This document shows, piece by piece, positions 60,026 to 64,000 of a DNA stretch of 64,000 nt. The notes below the pieces were generated by a model. The model was not told the origin of the DNA, did no database searches, and worked only from the letters and a program-made list of their open reading frames with translations. The position numbers and the translations under genes were made by a program. The stretch comes from an uncultured delta proteobacterium (GTDB lineage: Bacteria > Desulfobacterota > RBG-13-43-22). Every line of letters starts with the position of its first letter. Position 1 is the stretch's first letter. The stretch is taken from positions 96,001 to 160,000 of the forward strand of contig CAWBOS010000013.1 of the NCBI GenBank assembly GCA_963790475.1, read 5' to 3'.

Positions 60026-61633
60026 TTAACTGGTGACCGGCCCGGCATTCTTCACCTTGCTGGAGACCTTTGACGAAAATTGTTTAAAGTTCTCCCTGAA
60101 CCTTGCGGCCAGATCCCCGGCCTTGGCATCATATTCCCGGGGTTTCCGCCAGGTGGATCGGGCATCCAGTATTTCTTTAGGGACCCCATCACAGGATTGA
60201 GGGACCTGAAGCCGGAAAATGGGATCGGTCTGAGTGGGCAGCGCATCCAATTTCCCCGCTAAGGCCTGGTGAATCATGGCCCGGGTATAGGCGATCCTGA
60301 TCCGTTCCCCGACCCCAAAGGACCCGCCGGACATACCGGTATTGACCAGCCAGCATTTCACCTTATGGCTTTTTATCCGTTCCCCTAAAAGTCTTGCATA
60401 AACCGTCGGGGGCAAGGCCATAAAGGGGGCGCCAAAACAGGTACTGAAGGTGGCCTGGGGTTCTTTTCCCAATCCTTTTTCGGTCCCGGCCACTTTCGCG
60501 GTATAACCGGAAAGGAACTGATACATGGCCTGTTCCGGAGTTAATTTGGCGATGGGCGGCAAAACTCCAAAGGCGTCATAAGTGAGCATAATAATATTCT
60601 GGGGATGATCGGCAACACCGGAACGAATGGCCCGGGAGATATGGCTGATGGGATAAGCGGCCCGGGTATTCTCCGTGAGGGAGCCGTCATTCAGATCGAT
60701 CCGGCGGGTTTCATTGTCAATACCGACATTCTCCAGAATCGTTCCGAACCTTCGAGTGCACTCATAAATTTCAGGTTCGGCTTCAGCAGACAGACGAATG
60801 ACTTTGGCGTAACATCCCCCCTCGAAGTTAAAGATCCCCTTATCGCTCCAGCCGTGTTCGTCGTCTCCAATCAGGAGCCGTTCCGGGTCGGCGGAAAGGG
60901 TGGTCTTTCCGGTCCCTGACAGACCGAAAAAAACAGCCACGTCTCCTTTCTCACCCACATTGGCCGAACAGTGCATGGACAGGACCTTTTCCTGGGGATA
61001 GAGATAATTCAAGACGGTAAAAACTGATTTCTTGATCTCTCCGGCGTAGCTGGTCCCACCGATCAAGATCACCCTTTTTTCGAAATTGACAATGATAAAG
61101 GACTCGGAATTGGTCCCGTCCATCTCCGGCATGGCATGAAATTTGGGAATATTGATGATGGTGAATTTGGGGACATGATGAGTCAGTTCCGACCGGTCTT
61201 TGATCTGGACAAACATATTCCGGGAAAAGAGATTGTGCCAGGCGCTTTCCGTGATGATTCGGATCGGCACCTGATATTTGGGGTCGGCCCCGGCATAGCA
61301 ATCCTGGACAAAGACATCCTTGCCCTGGAGATAAGCCAGCATCCGGAAATAGAGTACTTCAAATTTTTCCGGCTCCATAGGCATATTGACCGGACTCCAC
61401 CAGATCTTCTTCTTGCTGGTCTTTTCCCGTACGATCCGTTTATCGTCGGGAGACCGCCCGGTATGGTGCCCGGTCCGCACAACAATAGCCCCCAAATGGG
61501 CCATGACCCCTTCCCGGCGGCGGACGATCTCTTCATAAAGGACCGGGGTTGGAGGATTCCAGTAAATCGTCCCTACATTTTTGATCCCATGATGCTCCAG
61601 GCTGTAATGGGGCTGCGGGTTCCTCGGGTTCAT
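60026..61633 (-). CDS. pckA: Phosphoenolpyruvate carboxykinase (ATP)
   Basis: TGRSP, YAGEIKK, MHCSAN, GLSGTGKTTLS, LIGDDEHGW, NFEGGCYAK. Confidence 0.97.
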   Translation of the reverse strand: MNPRNPQPHYSLEHHGIKNVGTIYWNPPTPVLYEEIVRRREGVMAHLGAIVVRTGHHTGRSPDDKRIVREKTSKKKIWWSPVNMPMEPEKFEVLYFRMLAYLQGKDVFVQDCYAGADPKYQVPIRIITESAWHNLFSRNMFVQIKDRSELTHHVPKFTIINIPKFHAMPEMDGTNSESFIIVNFEKRVILIGGTSYAGEIKKSVFTVLNYLYPQEKVLSMHCSANVGEKGDVAVFFGLSGTGKTTLSADPERLLIGDDEHGWSDKGIFNFEGGCYAKVIRLSAEAEPEIYECTRRFGTILENVGIDNETRRIDLNDGSLTENTRAAYPISHISRAIRSGVADHPQNIIMLTYDAFGVLPPIAKLTPEQAMYQFLSGYTAKVAGTEKGLGKEPQATFSTCFGAPFMALPPTVYARLLGERIKSHKVKCWLVNTGMSGGSFGVGERIRIAYTRAMIHQALAGKLDALPTQTDPIFRLQVPQSCDGVPKEILDARSTWRKPREYDAKAGDLAARFRENFKQFSSKVSSKVKNAGPVTS

Positions 61634-61725
61634 GATCCTATCTCCTCTTGGGTATTTAGTATCTTGATAGTCAGAGCTCTTATATGATTTGCAGCAATAT
61701 GCCAAAGGGTTATCTCTTCAAAAAC

Positions 61726-62028
61726 CTAAGCGGCCGTTATCATGGGGCGCACTTCAATCGCCACTTTTTCAGACAAGGCATCTTCGGCAACATCCAGGTC
61801 ATAACGAGCCTGCAGGTTTATCCAATAACGCGGACTTTGACCGAAATAACGTCCGAGACGCAAAGCCAGTTCGGCAGTTACCGGTCGTTTGCCGTTCACG
61901 AGATGATTGATACGCATGGCGGGAAGACCCAAATCCCGGGCAAGCCGGTATTGGGATAGATTCAACTCTTCTATCAAATCTTTTAGATATACTCCTGGGT
62001 GTATAGGGGAAATATGAACTTTCTTCAT
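61726..62028 (-). CDS. higA: HigA antitoxin
   Basis: PIHPGVYL..LSQYRLA..VTAELALRL..WINLQARYDL. Confidence 0.93.
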   Translation of the reverse strand: MKKVHISPIHPGVYLKDLIEELNLSQYRLARDLGLPAMRINHLVNGKRPVTAELALRLGRYFGQSPRYWINLQARYDLDVAEDALSEKVAIEVRPMITAA

Positions 62029-62038
62029 CGATTCTCCT

Positions 62039-62320
62039 TCAGTGATAATCAACGATTTCCACATGTTCAGCATCGCCGTCCTGCCACTTAAAACAAATAC
62101 GCCACTGATCGTTGATACGGATACTCCATTGCCCTTTCCGTTTCCCCCTCAGGGCTTCCAATCGGTTTGAAGGCAACAGGGCCAAATCTTCTAGCTGGCT
62201 TGCTGCATCAATGGAATTCAGTTTCATAAAGGCTCGTTGTTGGATGCCGCGGGGAAACTTAAAAGAAATTCGGCGATAAAATATTTTTTGGGTTTCCCGG
62301 CAACCGAACGATTTTATCAT
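62039..62320 (-). CDS. higB: HigB (RelE/ParE) toxin
   Basis: MIKSF..PSNRLEALRG..WSIRINDQWRICF..VEIVDYH. Confidence 0.95.
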   Translation of the reverse strand: MIKSFGCRETQKIFYRRISFKFPRGIQQRAFMKLNSIDAASQLEDLALLPSNRLEALRGKRKGQWSIRINDQWRICFKWQDGDAEHVEIVDYH

Positions 62321-62325
62321 AGCAT

Positions 62326-62350
62326 TATAATAAACAAATTGTTTATTATA
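62326..62350. promoter_or_regulatory. higBA operator palindrome
   Basis: TATAATAAACAA-A-TTGTTTATTATA, a perfect 12-bp inverted repeat just upstream of higB. Confidence 0.75.
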
Positions 62351-62415
62351 GTCAAGAAAAATAATCCAATCCGATCATTGACAAATTCAGCCGGATATGG
62401 AATTATTCTTTCCGG

Positions 62416-62490
62416 GCCGGCGTAGCTCAGGGGTAGAGCAGCTGATTCGTAATCAGCAGGCCGCGGGTTCAAATCCCATCGCCGGCTCCA
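62416..62490 (+). tRNA. tRNA-Thr (anticodon CGT)
   Basis: Acceptor GCCGGCG/CGCCGGC, D arm GCTC..GAGC, anticodon arm GCTGA-TTCGTAA-TCAGC, TTCAAAT loop, encoded CCA. Confidence 0.93.
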
Positions 62491-62907
62491 TAAAATTTCA
62501 ATAAGTTACATTGCCATAAATAGTGAGACAAGAATACCGGGTGGAGATGGATGTGAAAAAAAAATTAAAAGGCATTTTGACCTTCAATTAAGGAGGTCCT
62601 CAAACAATAAACGCCCGACACCACCTGGCCGCCAGCCATTCGTACACTTTGGGCTTCCGACGGTAACCGCAAGAGCAAAACATCCAGATCCCTCCGGAAT
62701 CCTTTTCCGGCCTGACCTCCAGTCACAACATTTAAGACTCAACACCTGGGTCTTTTTGTACCCATTTATATTCGGGCACCCCGATTAACAAAAAAGTCTA
62801 TAAATTTATTGACTTCTTGCCGGTTAAGAGGTACGAAATCCAAAGCAAATTAATTAAGTTTTCTTTATTGGCAACCTTCTAATAAAGGAGTTCCGATGGC
62901 AGGATGA

Positions 62908-62947
62908 TAAACCCCATTTCTTAGAAGAGAAGTGGGGTTTTTATTTT
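62908..62947 (+). terminator. Terminator-like hairpin upstream of the TIR gene
   Basis: aaaccccatttct-tagaag-agaagtggggttt followed by a T-rich tract. Confidence 0.55.
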
Positions 62948-63058
62948 AGATATAGACCCATTCAGATATTTATAGGCACTGGAGATAATTTGTTCTCAAA
63001 TAATGAAAAAGCGCACTACTTTGATGATAATGGTCTGAAAAAACAAAGAGATAGAGAA

Positions 63059-64000
63059 ATGATCTTTATCAGTTATAGTCATGAAGATGAAGAACATTTA
63101 GAAAGATTACGCATCCACATGAAGCCATTAGAAAAAAGGGGATTGGTGGTTATATGGGATGACTCAAAAATAATAACTGGACAAAAATGGCAAGAAAAAA
63201 TTGAAACTGCGTTATCAAAAGCAAATATTGCAATCTTAATAATATCTGCAGACTTTTTTGCATCAGACTTTATTGCTGAAAAGGAGCTTCCCCCTATTCT
63301 AAAGAAGGCTGAATCAGAAGGAACAATGATAGTGCCTATAATTCTCAAACCATGTCGGTTTTTAAGGGAAGAGCACCTTTCAAAATTTCAAGCCCTAAAC
63401 CATCCTGACGAACCATTGCTATCAATGTCTGACATAGAACAAGAGAAAACATGGGATCGATTATCACAGCTCATTGAGACCGAGTTGAGGCGTCCCGACG
63501 AAGAGGCCATTTTAAATTATACAGAGAAGATCGGTACTAATAATAATGATGAATTGTTATACTTTAGGCGTGGCGTCTGTTATAAAAGGTTAGGAAAATT
63601 TCATGAAGCCATTTCTGATTTTTTAAGAGCAAAGGATATTGAACCGAAAGATCGATTCGTTTATTTTGAACTCGGTGACTGTTATAAAAAATTACATAAG
63701 TATTTAGATTCAATAAAAAATTATTTGAAATGTTTGGAATTTGAGCCTGATCCAAAACCTATTTTAAATAAATTAGGTTTAATTTTAAAGGATCTCGGCG
63801 GAGAACATTTTGATTTTTCTGGTTTAACCGCCTTGGATAAAAAATTGAGGTTACGTTGGGTAAGAAACGCTAATTTGTCACCTAAGAGATTAACTTGGGA
63901 TGAAGCTAACCATTTTTTACAAAATTTGAACATAGAAGGTTATGCCGGATACAATGATTGGAGATTACCTGATATAGGTGAGCTTGTGACATTAATTAGT
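63059..64000 (+). CDS. TIR-TPR-DUF1566(Lcl-like) protein (runs off the window end)
   Basis: Not in the ORF track; translated by hand: MIFISYSHED..IWDDSKI..ISADFFASDFIAEKELPP; TPRs LYFRRGVCYKRLGKFHEAISDF; LTWDEA..YAGYNDWRLPDIGELVTL. Confidence 0.9.
   Translation, partial: MIFISYSHEDEEHLERLRIHMKPLEKRGLVVIWDDSKIITGQKWQEKIETALSKANIAILIISADFFASDFIAEKELPPILKKAESEGTMIVPIILKPCRFLREEHLSKFQALNHPDEPLLSMSDIEQEKTWDRLSQLIETELRRPDEEAILNYTEKIGTNNNDELLYFRRGVCYKRLGKFHEAISDFLRAKDIEPKDRFVYFELGDCYKKLHKYLDSIKNYLKCLEFEPDPKPILNKLGLILKDLGGEHFDFSGLTALDKKLRLRWVRNANLSPKRLTWDEANHFLQNLNIEGYAGYNDWRLPDIGELVTLIS

Noticed and set aside
62860-62947. Riboswitch upstream of the TIR gene
   Set aside because: Only a terminator-like hairpin is visible and I cannot match an aptamer consensus; an Rfam scan would be needed.

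Overview
64 kb of a bacterial chromosome. Gene content points to an anaerobic deltaproteobacterium (Thermodesulfobacteriota-like); this is inferred, not verified. 1-18 kb: a minus-strand signalling cluster (CheB/CheR fusion, PAS-GGDEF, three PAS histidine kinases, NarL and NtrC regulators) running into an Hsp20/GvpH-like gene and an archaeal-type CDC48 AAA ATPase, possibly the edge of a gas-vesicle locus. 18.5-24.7 kb: an accessory region of gene fragments that includes a solitary integron cassette with an attC site. 25-40 kb: a PadR-regulated membrane operon, an ANKH/MATE-like exporter, a LarA-family enzyme with a QueT-type ECF transporter, a MarR-DsrE2-TusA-DsrM/DsrK-like sulfur-relay operon, FmdE and MsrAB. 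40-58 kb: hybrid kinases around a sigma54-controlled operon metF-like/hdrA(HdrL)/mvhD/metV/metF. Both hdrA and mvhD carry in-frame UGA codons at conserved Cys positions with SECIS-like hairpins, so they are selenoproteins missed by the ORF track. 58-64 kb: HDOD protein, pckA, higBA, tRNA-Thr(CGT), then an AT-rich island starting with a TIR-TPR-DUF1566 gene. Intergenic DNA holds REP/MITE-like palindromes and inverted arrays of 7-bp repeats, one pair bracketing a decayed four-helix-bundle gene. About 11 single-base insertions break otherwise intact genes between 32 and 54.3 kb and are probably sequencing errors. All calls come from reading motifs by eye; no database search was run.
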